Source of the DNA: Thermodesulfobacteriota bacterium
GTDB taxonomy: Bacteria > Desulfobacterota > WTBG01 > JAGOGO01
Length of the DNA: 32,000 bases
Assembly: GCA_026625185.1 (NCBI GenBank)
Contig: CP113000.1
Coordinates: forward strand, 2,445,622-2,477,621
Direction of reading: 5' to 3'
Positions 19,343-26,760 of this stretch are shown one piece after another; within the stretch, counting starts at the first letter, position 1, and each line of letters starts with the position of its first letter. Both the position numbers and the translations under genes were made by a program. Under the pieces are notes generated by a model that made no database searches, was not told the DNA's origin, and was given only the letters and a program-made list of their open reading frames with translations.

Positions 19343-21055
19343 ATGCCCAAAAAGCCTGCGAACCTGATTTACGCGGTGGATGAAAATCCGCCTGTGGGGA
19401 TTACCCTGCTCCAGGGAATTCAACACGTTTTTGTTTTGGCGGTCTATTTCATCTTTCCCGTTATCGTCGTCAATTCGGTAAACGGCACGAATGAGGAGGC
19501 CGCAACCATAATCAAGATGTCCATGATCGTCATGGGGTTGACCACGATTATTCAGGCGCTTTCCAAGGGACCTGTGGGCTCCGGCTATCTGGCCCCTGAC
19601 GGAAATGGCCCCGCCTACCTGTCCTCCGCCATGCTGGCCGCCAAAACCGGGGGGATATCTTTGATCTTCGGCATGACCCTCGTCAGCGCCTGTTTCAAGG
19701 CCGTCTTCTCCCGCCTGGTGAACCGCCTGCAGTTCCTATTTCCACCGGAAGTGGTCGGCCTCGTCGTCACCATGGTGGGAATTGAAATCATTCCTTTGGG
19801 CATTACACGGTTTTTCGGCCTGCAGCAATCCGGTGGCGCCATCGACCCCGGTGTTTTCCTGGTAGCCATGGCTACCTATGCGACAATGGTGGGCATCAAT
19901 ATCTGGGGTAAAGGCTGGCTTCGTCTTTATCCTATCCTCATCGGCATGGCCGTCGGCTATTTGTCATCGTATCTGTCCGGCATTCTCACCCCGAGTGACC
20001 TGCGCCACGTTACCGCCGAATCATGGATTTCCATGCCGCACTTCGCAGCCTTCGGCTGGAGTTTCGATATTTCGTTGTTGTTTCCGTTTTTAATCGCCAG
20101 CTTGTGCTCCTCCCTTAAAACCATCGGTGACTTGACTATGTGCCAGAAGATCAACGACAGTGAGTGGAAACGCTCTGATATGAAGTCCATCGGCCGGGGC
20201 ATCCTGGCCGACTCGCTGGGCGACACCTTGAGCGGGCTGATCGGCAGTCTTGGCCAGACAACCTCATCCAGCAATATCGGTTTCTCCATGGCCACCGGGG
20301 TTACCAGCCGCCGGATCGCCTTTGCCATCGGGGGCATCCTCTGCCTGCTGGCCTTTTTGCCCAAGCTGGCCCAAGTCTTTGTGATCATGCCCCGGCCGGT
20401 CATGGGCGCCATCCTGATCTTTGTGGCCAACTTCATGATTCTGGCTGGCATTCAGATTATCGCCACCCGAATGCTGGACGTTCGGAAAATTTTTGTCATC
20501 GGTACCTCCGTCATCTTCGGTCTTTCGGTCTTTTTATTCCCTAAGGCTTACAGCAACGTGCCCGCACTCCTACACCCGATTTTTAGCTCGGCCTTGTCGC
20601 TCGCCACCATTTCCGTGATCGTTTTGAATCTCATCTTTCGGATCGGCATTGCAAAGCGCAACGGCTTGGTTCTCGACACGAAAGAAAAAGAAGTTATGGA
20701 GACGCTCAGAACCTTTATGGAAAATCAAGGCGGTGCATGGGGTGCCCGACGAGAGGTGATCAAGCGGGCGGAATACGCCTTGAGCGAGTTCATGGAATCC
20801 CTCATCGGTTTGCAGCTGACCGAAGGCCCGGTAAGCCTGGAGGTAAGCTTTGAGGAGATGAGCCTGGATTTGAGTTTAAATTATAAAGGGCGACCGCTGG
20901 AATTTCCACCCCAAGTCCCCAGTGCTGCTGATTTGCTGGAAGACAAGACCGCAGTTTTCCGACTCTCCGGTTTTATTATCAAAAATTACGTGGATCGGAT
21001 CAAGACCGTCGAGAAAGACGGCAGATGCCGAGTTATGTTTCATTTCGACCATTGA
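19343..21055 (+). CDS. NCS2 (xanthine/uracil/vitamin C) family permease with about 120-aa C-terminal cytoplasmic extension
   Basis: I prefer the start at MPKKPANL because an AAGGGAG RBS lies 6 nt upstream. The product is multi-TM with a nucleobase-permease-like N-terminus (LLQGIQHVFVLAV) and mid-region (GDLTMCQK, TTSSSNIGF). The C-terminal soluble tail is LVLDTKEKEVMETLRTFMENQGGAWGAR...CRVMFHFDH. The gene is clearly more GC-rich than its surroundings. Confidence 0.85.
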   Translation: MPKKPANLIYAVDENPPVGITLLQGIQHVFVLAVYFIFPVIVVNSVNGTNEEAATIIKMSMIVMGLTTIIQALSKGPVGSGYLAPDGNGPAYLSSAMLAAKTGGISLIFGMTLVSACFKAVFSRLVNRLQFLFPPEVVGLVVTMVGIEIIPLGITRFFGLQQSGGAIDPGVFLVAMATYATMVGINIWGKGWLRLYPILIGMAVGYLSSYLSGILTPSDLRHVTAESWISMPHFAAFGWSFDISLLFPFLIASLCSSLKTIGDLTMCQKINDSEWKRSDMKSIGRGILADSLGDTLSGLIGSLGQTTSSSNIGFSMATGVTSRRIAFAIGGILCLLAFLPKLAQVFVIMPRPVMGAILIFVANFMILAGIQIIATRMLDVRKIFVIGTSVIFGLSVFLFPKAYSNVPALLHPIFSSALSLATISVIVLNLIFRIGIAKRNGLVLDTKEKEVMETLRTFMENQGGAWGARREVIKRAEYALSEFMESLIGLQLTEGPVSLEVSFEEMSLDLSLNYKGRPLEFPPQVPSAADLLEDKTAVFRLSGFIIKNYVDRIKTVEKDGRCRVMFHFDH

Positions 21056-21438
21056 TCAGCTATGTCGATTCAAGGCTGAGAACCCTGTTGTTTGACCAGC
21101 ATTTATATGTTTAGAGAAGGTAATCGGCGCTATTGATCTTATATTTATTGGTGCCAATGGCGGCGAGAATGGGGGCATATACCTACTCCTTTCATCTTCT
21201 CTTGCTCCGCATCCGACCCTACGCTTGCTACAGCTAGTATTCCGCAAACACGTGTATAACTGTCGAAAGTACTCCTTCCCTGAAATAATTTCTGGGAAGC
21301 TTGGCAGATTTCGCTATGCGATTTCAAGTCGAGGACAGGCATAAATTGCATCTTTTGTTTGGTATATTATAATGTTATAAGATTTTATCTCCGGTTATTC
21401 CGGACAGTAGTGAGCTTAAATATAAGATTATTAATCAA

Positions 21439-21476
21439 AGCCTAACCGCGTTTGAAATACTGGTTAGCCTTTTTTA
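21439..21476 (+). terminator. Rho-independent terminator
   Basis: The hairpin is GCCTAACC-loop-GGTTAGCC (one mismatch) followed by TTTTTT. Confidence 0.55.
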
Positions 21477-21554
21477 AATTATTTTTAGTAAATTATTTGT
21501 AGAAGAAAAAAACACGGAAAGCCCTGCATGCTGTTCATCGTTTTACCCTATTCA

Positions 21555-21647
21555 TTTTTCCCTTATTAACCAATAAGGCTGGACGGTGTCCCTCTCGGGT
21601 CCAGATTTTTATTTTACTGCTAATTTCAAAAATGAATTGTTTTTAAA
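21555..21647 (+). repeat. R element copy R3 (diverged)
   Basis: The core CGGTGTCCCTCTCGGG is closed by the perfect stem CTGGA/TCCAG. The copy ends in AAAAATGAATTGTTTTTAAAGG, as in R1/R2. Confidence 0.6.
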
Positions 21648-21700
21648 GGAGTTTTATTTTCAACAAAAAAAACCCTAAATTTTTTTCTCCTACCATAGAC

Positions 21701-21895
21701 TTATTTCTTATTACCGAGTAATTTAAAACTATGATCCGCCAAGCTAGTAACATTATCAACTAAAAAGATAATCCCTCGGGGGTCATTCTCGACAACTAAT
21801 TCTGAAATAGCTTGTATAAATCCTTCCAATAATGTCCCAAATCTTTTACGGTATTTTATGCCGTGCTCGTTTTTTTGCTCTTTTGTCATTCCCAT
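21701..21895 (-). CDS. 64-aa hypothetical protein
   Basis: The internal ATG has a GAAAGGG RBS-like sequence upstream. The product is MGMTKEQKNEHGIKYRKRFGTLLEGFIQAISELVVENDPRGIIFLVDNV... I recognise no family. Confidence 0.4.
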   Translation of the reverse strand: MGMTKEQKNEHGIKYRKRFGTLLEGFIQAISELVVENDPRGIIFLVDNVTSLADHSFKLLGNKK

Positions 21896-22281
21896 TGTTT
21901 TACCCTTTCTTTCATAAAGTTGTTTTTGATTGCTCCAATTTCCAATTAAATTCTTGGCCCGCATGGAAATCTTCTGCAGGTTATTTGGACTTAAAAAACC
22001 TTCTCGACAAAAAAATTTCCGGCCATAAATCGAGGAAAAGAGGGTTTAAGGATATTTTAACAATAAACCTTTACCCTTTAAAAAAAATAAGGTGAATTAT
22101 GTATTTTTAGAAAAAAAATATGGAATTTTAGAGATATGGATAAAGAAAGGATAAAATTTCTAAATCATCCTTGCATGGCTTTTAATTTCTAAGAAAATTT
22201 ATAAATTGAATAGTCGTAGGATAGTGTGTCTTTGAAAAGAATACAGACTAACTCCCTCAATGATAGTTAGTTTTGATTCCA

Positions 22282-22366
22282 TTTATATCCTAATCGCCGT
22301 TCTAACGTCCCTCGCGGGGCGGGAAAATCCCCTGAAGGTTTTTCGGAAAAACATGCTTTTTTAAAA
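22282..22366 (+). repeat. R element copy R4 (diverged)
   Basis: It aligns gap-free with R2 at 56 of 85 positions (my count). The core is ACGTCCCTCGCGGG and the copy ends in TTTTTTAAAA. Confidence 0.65.
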
Positions 22367-22491
22367 TAGTTTTAATTCCAGCAATAAAAAAAGACCTCGA
22401 ATTGAGACCCTTTTTTATTTTTTTAAATTGTAGAGTTTTTGTTTAGTATACAGAACAAACCAGGCCAAAACAGACGCAAAATATCTAAGAT

Positions 22492-22576
22492 GAATTCTTA
22501 CTCCCGAAATGCAGGGGAAGAAACCCTATTGTGTTGTCAACGGTCGGTAGGCTCTCCCTACCAAACCCCCGGGAAG
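22492..22576 (+). repeat. X block copy X2
   Basis: GAATTCTTACTCCCGAAATGCAGGGGAAGAAACC...CGGTAGGCTCTCCCTACC contains the perfect GGTAGG/CCTACC hairpin. Confidence 0.75.
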
Positions 22577-22731
22577 AGTAAAATTTATCCGTTTATGTCT
22601 TTAAAATGTCTCCATAATCAAACAAAAGACCAAATACCACTAAACACCAGGATAAAGGTATCAACACATAATTATTAAATTTTGTTGTTTTGTCTTTTCC
22701 TTGTTTTAGGTTAATTTTGCCTTGGTTCACT

Positions 22732-22772
22732 CTGAAAATCCGTGTGTCGACAGTTCGATTCTGTCCCTCGCA
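22732..22772 (+). repeat. att-like direct repeat: third, slightly degenerate copy of the tRNA-Phe 3' part
   Basis: CTGAAAATCCGTGTGTCGACAGTTCGATTCTGTCCCTCGCA equals 13107-13148 with one G deleted in the acceptor 3' strand. The next 64 nt or so are about 75% identical to the sequence following copies 1 and 2. Confidence 0.9.
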
Positions 22773-22847
22773 TTAATAGGTTAAATGACTTATCTCAATT
22801 GGGCAAAGTCCTTTTTTGCTTTGGGTCCATTTTGTCTCAACTCTTTG

Positions 22848-22915
22848 TATATCTCGGAGTCCCTCTCCGTTTGGCGATTCACCCAAGCCAAACTTTCCAA
22901 AATAATTCTTTTTAT
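22848..22915 (+). repeat. R element copy R5 (partial, diverged)
   Basis: TATATCTCGGAGTCCCTCTCCG...CCAAAATAATTCTTTTTATT shares the CGGAGTCC(C/T)TCTC core and the AATTCTTTTT tail with R1. Confidence 0.5.
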
Positions 22916-23081
22916 TGTGGAGATTCCCACCCAAATTCACTTTTTTCTAAAAAGTTTTTAGTCAAGTAACCTTTTCTAATTTTTTGCGACTTAATTAATG
23001 AAATAAGTTCAAAAAAAACAGGTTTTTTGATCCCATTGCTCTTTTTTATTAACAATAAACAATCAAAAGAGAGGCAAGGAA

Positions 23082-23432
23082 ATGAAAAAAATGTTGATTC
23101 TTTTAGCAATAGTGCTGACAACCAGTGCCTGTCCTGCTTATTATTCTGGGTATTATGGTGATTATGATTCGAGAGCTGGTTGGTATGGGAGCAACTACGG
23201 TGGGTATTATGGTATTTATCATGATGGATATCGTAAAGACAGGGATCATGACTGGAATCGTGGTGATAGGCATCGGGGGGATAGAAACTACGGTGATAGA
23301 GACCGGCGAGACAATGATCGTGAAGGTAGAAATCGTGATGATTATCGGGACCAGGGTGTCCGAGACCGTGATCAGGATCACGGTGATAGAAACTATCAGG
23401 CTCGAAATTCTGGAGATGGCCTTCGGAGATAA
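23082..23432 (+). CDS. predicted lipoprotein with Tyr/Gly-rich segment and Arg/Asp-rich low-complexity tail
   Basis: An AAGGAA RBS is present. The signal peptide MKKMLILLAIVLTTSAC is lipobox-like. It is followed by YYSGYYGDYDSRAGWYGSNYGGYYGIYHDGY and then GDRHRGDRNYGDRDRRDNDREGRNRDDYRDQGVRDRDQDHGDRNY. Confidence 0.7.
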   Translation: MKKMLILLAIVLTTSACPAYYSGYYGDYDSRAGWYGSNYGGYYGIYHDGYRKDRDHDWNRGDRHRGDRNYGDRDRRDNDREGRNRDDYRDQGVRDRDQDHGDRNYQARNSGDGLRR

Positions 23433-23446
23433 CAGGGTTTAAATTT

Positions 23447-23800
23447 TTATAGTTTAACGCTCGGCATCCTGAATGCCTGAGACAAACAGGTTTTTTTCAT
23501 ATTTATATAGGTCATGCAGGTTGCGATCACCAGGGGGATAACTCCCAAAAAAAACACCAGATCCCCGGGCAGTCTGCACCATTCGACGCGCCGAACAAAA
23601 CCTTGGTTCAAATAATCCAACCCGCGGGCATACCAATATCCGTTAATCAAAACATCACGCAACTGCAAAACACCTCCTGGAAACAGACTTCCGATGATCA
23701 TCAATACCAGTCCGATATTTAATCCGAAGAATGAAAAACGGATAAATTTCTCCGGAAGGGCCCACTTTTCATCCGTTAGGACTTGACGGCATGCCAGAGG
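23447..23800 (-). pseudogene. C-terminal fragment of a NorB / heme-copper-oxidase subunit I-like protein
   Basis: The open frame of 117 codons has no plausible start. WALPEKFIRFSFFGLNIGLVLMIIGSLFPGGVLQLRDVLINGYWYARGLDYLNQGFVRRVEWCRLPGDLVFFLGVIPLV resembles the last TM helices of nitric-oxide reductase large subunits. The frame is closed by a stop at 23801-23803 and the rest of the gene is absent. Confidence 0.5.
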
Positions 23801-24041
23801 TCATAGGCCAAGCACCACACCGGAATTGATGAACAAAAGTCCTTGCTTGAAAGAACTTCATCGAGGTGTTCCCATTTTTTATAGGTTTCTTCCAAAGTCA
23901 TGGCTGCCCCAACAGCTTGAAGAAATTTCCCTTTTGGGGGAATATGTTTGTTTATTCAAAGAATTTACTTTTGGTCAATAGGGAGACAACTTCATTTTGA
24001 TAGGGAAAATTCCCAGAGGTAAGGTTTTATCCTAACTAAAT

Positions 24042-24065
24042 AAAAAACCCCGCATTTCTGCGAGG
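24042..24065 (-). terminator. Rho-independent terminator (minus strand)
   Basis: The minus strand reads CCTCGCA-GAAA-TGCGGGG followed by TTTTTTATTT, 36 nt after the stop of ORF 24101..24502. Confidence 0.65.
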
Positions 24066-24100
24066 TATTGGGAAGAATAAAAAAAGCTATTTAAAATCTA

Positions 24101-24502
24101 TTATGGCCAAGGTTCTGTTTTAACTGGACGACCATACTTATCTTTGCCAACTCCTAATCCATAAACATTTGGTTCAACTTTACTTCCGGGGGGCACGGTT
24201 TGCCCATCTCGGGTTTTCCACTGGAAGGGGCGCCCTGTAGCGTCGGGCCCATAAGCATCATTATAATAAGGACCCATATAGGTGTGCTGGTTATTCCAAG
24301 AACTATTAAAAAGGCCATTAGCCATCTCAGAATCTATACCTTTAAGTATTTTGTCTTCCTCCAGTGCCGAGCCTTTATCGTCTAAACCCAAATAAGCCAA
24401 TCCCAGGTTATAGTGGGCATCGGCATCATCCGGTTTAAGGCGGATAGCCTGTTTATAAGCCTCCACCTCCTCCTGGTAGCGGCCGAGCTCGGTATAAACC
24501 AC
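24101..24502 (-). CDS. TPR-containing protein, probably an N-terminally truncated remnant
   Basis: The TPR consensus AKKYNLGVVYTELGRYQEEVEAYKQAIRLKPDDADAHYNLGLAYLGL starts right at the beginning of the open frame, which has only a GTG start, no ATG and no RBS. The C-terminal part is unrelated (Y/G/P-rich). Confidence 0.45.
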   Translation of the reverse strand: MVYTELGRYQEEVEAYKQAIRLKPDDADAHYNLGLAYLGLDDKGSALEEDKILKGIDSEMANGLFNSSWNNQHTYMGPYYNDAYGPDATGRPFQWKTRDGQTVPPGSKVEPNVYGLGVGKDKYGRPVKTEPWP

Positions 24503-24814
24503 GCCAAGGTTATATTTTTTGGCTTTTGGAATATAACACGTTCAGGCCCCAGAGCTCGTTAAAGTACTTTCATCCAGTGACAGCAGCATATTTTCATTGA
24601 GAAATAAAAAATGGCATAATTTTAGTTTTAAATGGAGCAAATGTTCCCGGGGCAGGTGAATCTCATATCAATCTGCTTTTGTTGTTATAGAATGGTTGAG
24701 AGTTCAAGGATTATGAAGGGAAATCAGTGACTGTAGTGGGACGCCTGAGAATCATGCGGAAAATTAACGATGGTATGAAAAAAGAAAATCCATAGCAGTA
24801 ATCTATTATTCAAG

Positions 24815-25738
24815 TTATTCAAATTCTTCAAATTCTTCCGCAGAATAAAAAAGATGCAAGTCCATTATTTTTTCTTTATCCAGCCTGTTATCCAGTATTA
24901 ACTTTTCGGCCTTATTTCTGAGCATTTCGGCGGCTCTTTCAAATTCGTCAAGCTTTTTGGAAAGCCCGTTTTCCTCTATGATGGTTTTGATGGTGTCGAA
25001 AAGAAGCTGGTTCCCATAAAGCAACAATCCTTCCTGGAGAATTTTAATGGCTACCATACGTTTGAAATCATCGAAACAGGCCTGGTCCCTGATGAGACTA
25101 AGCCTTTTTATTTTGTAGTCGACTTCTTCTCTGATAGCCGGAGTTATGAGCATCCGGTACTTTTTTTGATAGATAAGGTCATCGAGTTTATTGATATAGG
25201 TATCCGGAAAGTGATCATCGACGGCAACAATAAGGTCAATATCAGAGCCCATTACAATTTTCCCGGTGCTGCGTTCCGGTCTGGGCACGTCATGCGCCAT
25301 ATTATAAACAATGTCCCCTGCAATAATAAAACAAATTTGATGGCGCTTTGATATACCATCGTCGAATTCCTGCATAACATCCGAAACCATTTTTTGGGCA
25401 AGCTCAAGTTTAAACCTGCTTATTTCATGAATGCGGGCACTTAACTCTATGCACCTTTTTTCAAGCAGGTCCGGGCGGTCCTTGAGCCCTATAATTGAGT
25501 AGGTGAGGAATTCTCTGAGAATGGAAGGTGAGAGACGGGCAAAACCCTTGACATGGCGGTCAAGCCTCAAGTACCTTTTGCCTACTGTTTGTACCTGAAG
25601 GCTCCGGGAATGCCTGCAGGTTTTCCAGATCAAAAGGTTGTCTTCATCTATCTCTTTCTTAATTTCAAACCCGGTGCGAGGTCCTTTTGTTCCGATCAGC
25701 CTGACTATATCCCTTTCAATAGGAGGCATATCCTGCAT
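24815..25738 (-). CDS. uncharacterised protein: N-terminal wHTH-like region + Pol-beta-superfamily nucleotidyltransferase-like core
   Basis: This is a 307-aa ORF. IERDIVRLIGTKGPRTGFEIKKEI is wHTH-like. IIAGDIVYN...GKIVMGSDIDLIVAVDD resembles the G[SG]...D.D minimal nucleotidyltransferase motif. The start lies 2 nt after the stop of the upstream gene. Confidence 0.6.
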   Translation of the reverse strand: MQDMPPIERDIVRLIGTKGPRTGFEIKKEIDEDNLLIWKTCRHSRSLQVQTVGKRYLRLDRHVKGFARLSPSILREFLTYSIIGLKDRPDLLEKRCIELSARIHEISRFKLELAQKMVSDVMQEFDDGISKRHQICFIIAGDIVYNMAHDVPRPERSTGKIVMGSDIDLIVAVDDHFPDTYINKLDDLIYQKKYRMLITPAIREEVDYKIKRLSLIRDQACFDDFKRMVAIKILQEGLLLYGNQLLFDTIKTIIEENGLSKKLDEFERAAEMLRNKAEKLILDNRLDKEKIMDLHLFYSAEEFEEFE

Positions 25739-25740
25739 CG

Positions 25741-26706
25741 TTAAACTAAGGTTAAATCCTCAAGCGTTATCGTTTTTTCTTTGAGCCGGCCTTTATTGGC
25801 AAGCAACTCCCTGCCGGCAACTTTGTCGAGCACATATAATAACTTACCGCCATTTTCTGCATATTTCTGTCCATAAGAAATGGGAACCGCAGGGGTCACT
25901 GGTTCCAAAAGAGACCGTGTTATAGACTCGACCTTTCTTTCCCCGCTTGCCAGAAGAATTACATTTCTTGCCTGATAAACAAGCTCCGCCCCCATGGATA
26001 TAGCATAATGAGGGCAGTCCTTTACGGTAGGAAAATGTCCGTCGGTGACCGAGTTTTTAATGGTGTTATCATCAAGCTTAACAAGCAGGACTGAACTTCC
26101 CTTGAACGGAATTCCTGACTCATGAAAGGCCACATGCCCGCGTCCCCCGACACCGATGACTTGCACGTCTATCCCTCCCGCCTTTTTAATTTTTCGCGAG
26201 TAGCCGTCCAAGATATCCTTCCTTATCCAGGCAAGATATTTTGATTTTGCTTTTGGTTTTATGACGATTGATTTTCCGGCATCAGTGCCCGTATAGCTCC
26301 AATCCCCGGGATAGCTTCTGAGTTCTTTTATCAGTGTCCTCTGGTCAATCAACGAACCAAAAGGCACACTTGTTTCAACAAACTTCTTTTTCAAAAGGCC
26401 GAAAAACTCCTGAATCATGAAATAGCAATAGCTTTCAGGATGTACCACCCGCTGCTGGATGTTTTCACCGGGCAAACCAACATACTCATCAAGATTAAAG
26501 CTTCTGATACGTCCGCTGTCGAACTCACCGTCATTCGCTGCCTGGGCTAAATATTTGTACATGCCGGTCGGCGAGTTTCCGGTGGCGAGTCCCAAAACAA
26601 TCTCCTTTTTGGTTTTAGACAGCCCGATCAGTTCTTTTTTTACAATGTCCGCCGCGACCTTGCTCATATGTTCAAAGTTATTTGTTATTAATACCTGAAT
26701 GGACAT
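25741..26706 (-). CDS. glucosamine-6-phosphate deaminase/isomerase (NagB/6-phosphogluconolactonase superfamily) paralog with internal insertion
   Basis: This is a 321-aa ORF. It contains VLGLATGNSPTGMY, FNLDEYVGL and IGVGGRGHVAFHESG, which are NagB-type motifs. About 50 extra residues (SLIDQRTLIKELRSYPGDWSYTGTDAGKSIVIKPKAKSKYLAWIRKD) lie between the conserved blocks. Confidence 0.75.
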   Translation of the reverse strand: MSIQVLITNNFEHMSKVAADIVKKELIGLSKTKKEIVLGLATGNSPTGMYKYLAQAANDGEFDSGRIRSFNLDEYVGLPGENIQQRVVHPESYCYFMIQEFFGLLKKKFVETSVPFGSLIDQRTLIKELRSYPGDWSYTGTDAGKSIVIKPKAKSKYLAWIRKDILDGYSRKIKKAGGIDVQVIGVGGRGHVAFHESGIPFKGSSVLLVKLDDNTIKNSVTDGHFPTVKDCPHYAISMGAELVYQARNVILLASGERKVESITRSLLEPVTPAVPISYGQKYAENGGKLLYVLDKVAGRELLANKGRLKEKTITLEDLTLV

Positions 26707-26760
26707 TGGTTTCCTCCAGTAAGTGTTTATTAAAGATATGCGGTAATGTGAACTGTCATG

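Larger units (their letters stand above)
17402..22731 (+). mobile_element. island E2: second putative non-autonomous integrative element in tandem
   Basis: E2 is bounded by the tRNA-Phe 3' fragments at 17360-17401 and 22732-22772. It has the same left module and a related right arm as E1, but different cargo. I recognise no recombinase. Confidence 0.5.

Noticed and set aside
21056-21351. ORFs 21056..21247 and 21145..21351 (-) downstream of the permease
   Set aside because: They have no RBS and no recognisable motifs. The region is better described as a GC-rich remnant of unknown origin.
17140-22576. Possible CRISPR array suggested by the repeat-like hairpin ...CCCCGCAGTGCAGGGGATGAAAC
   Set aside because: There are only two diverged single copies 5.3 kb apart, with no regular repeat-spacer periodicity and no cas genes in the window. 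I keep it only as a repeat-like motif inside the X block.
14952-22915. R elements as integron attC sites / the islands as an integron cassette array
   Set aside because: I found no RYYYAAC...GTTRRRY boundary motifs. The genes are in mixed orientation with their own promoter-like regions. There is no intI, and the structures are bounded by tRNA fragments.
22439-22969. ORFs 22439..22678 and 22742..22969 (+)
   Set aside because: The first covers the conserved noncoding X block and the second starts inside the tRNA-Phe fragment. There is no RBS and the homologous E1 arm has no equivalent ORF.
23103-23442. ORFs 23103..23381 (-) and 23125..23442 (+) overlapping the lipoprotein gene
   Set aside because: They are products of the repetitive GAT/CGT/GGT codon composition. 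They lack starts with an RBS, whereas frame 23082..23432 has an RBS and a signal peptide.
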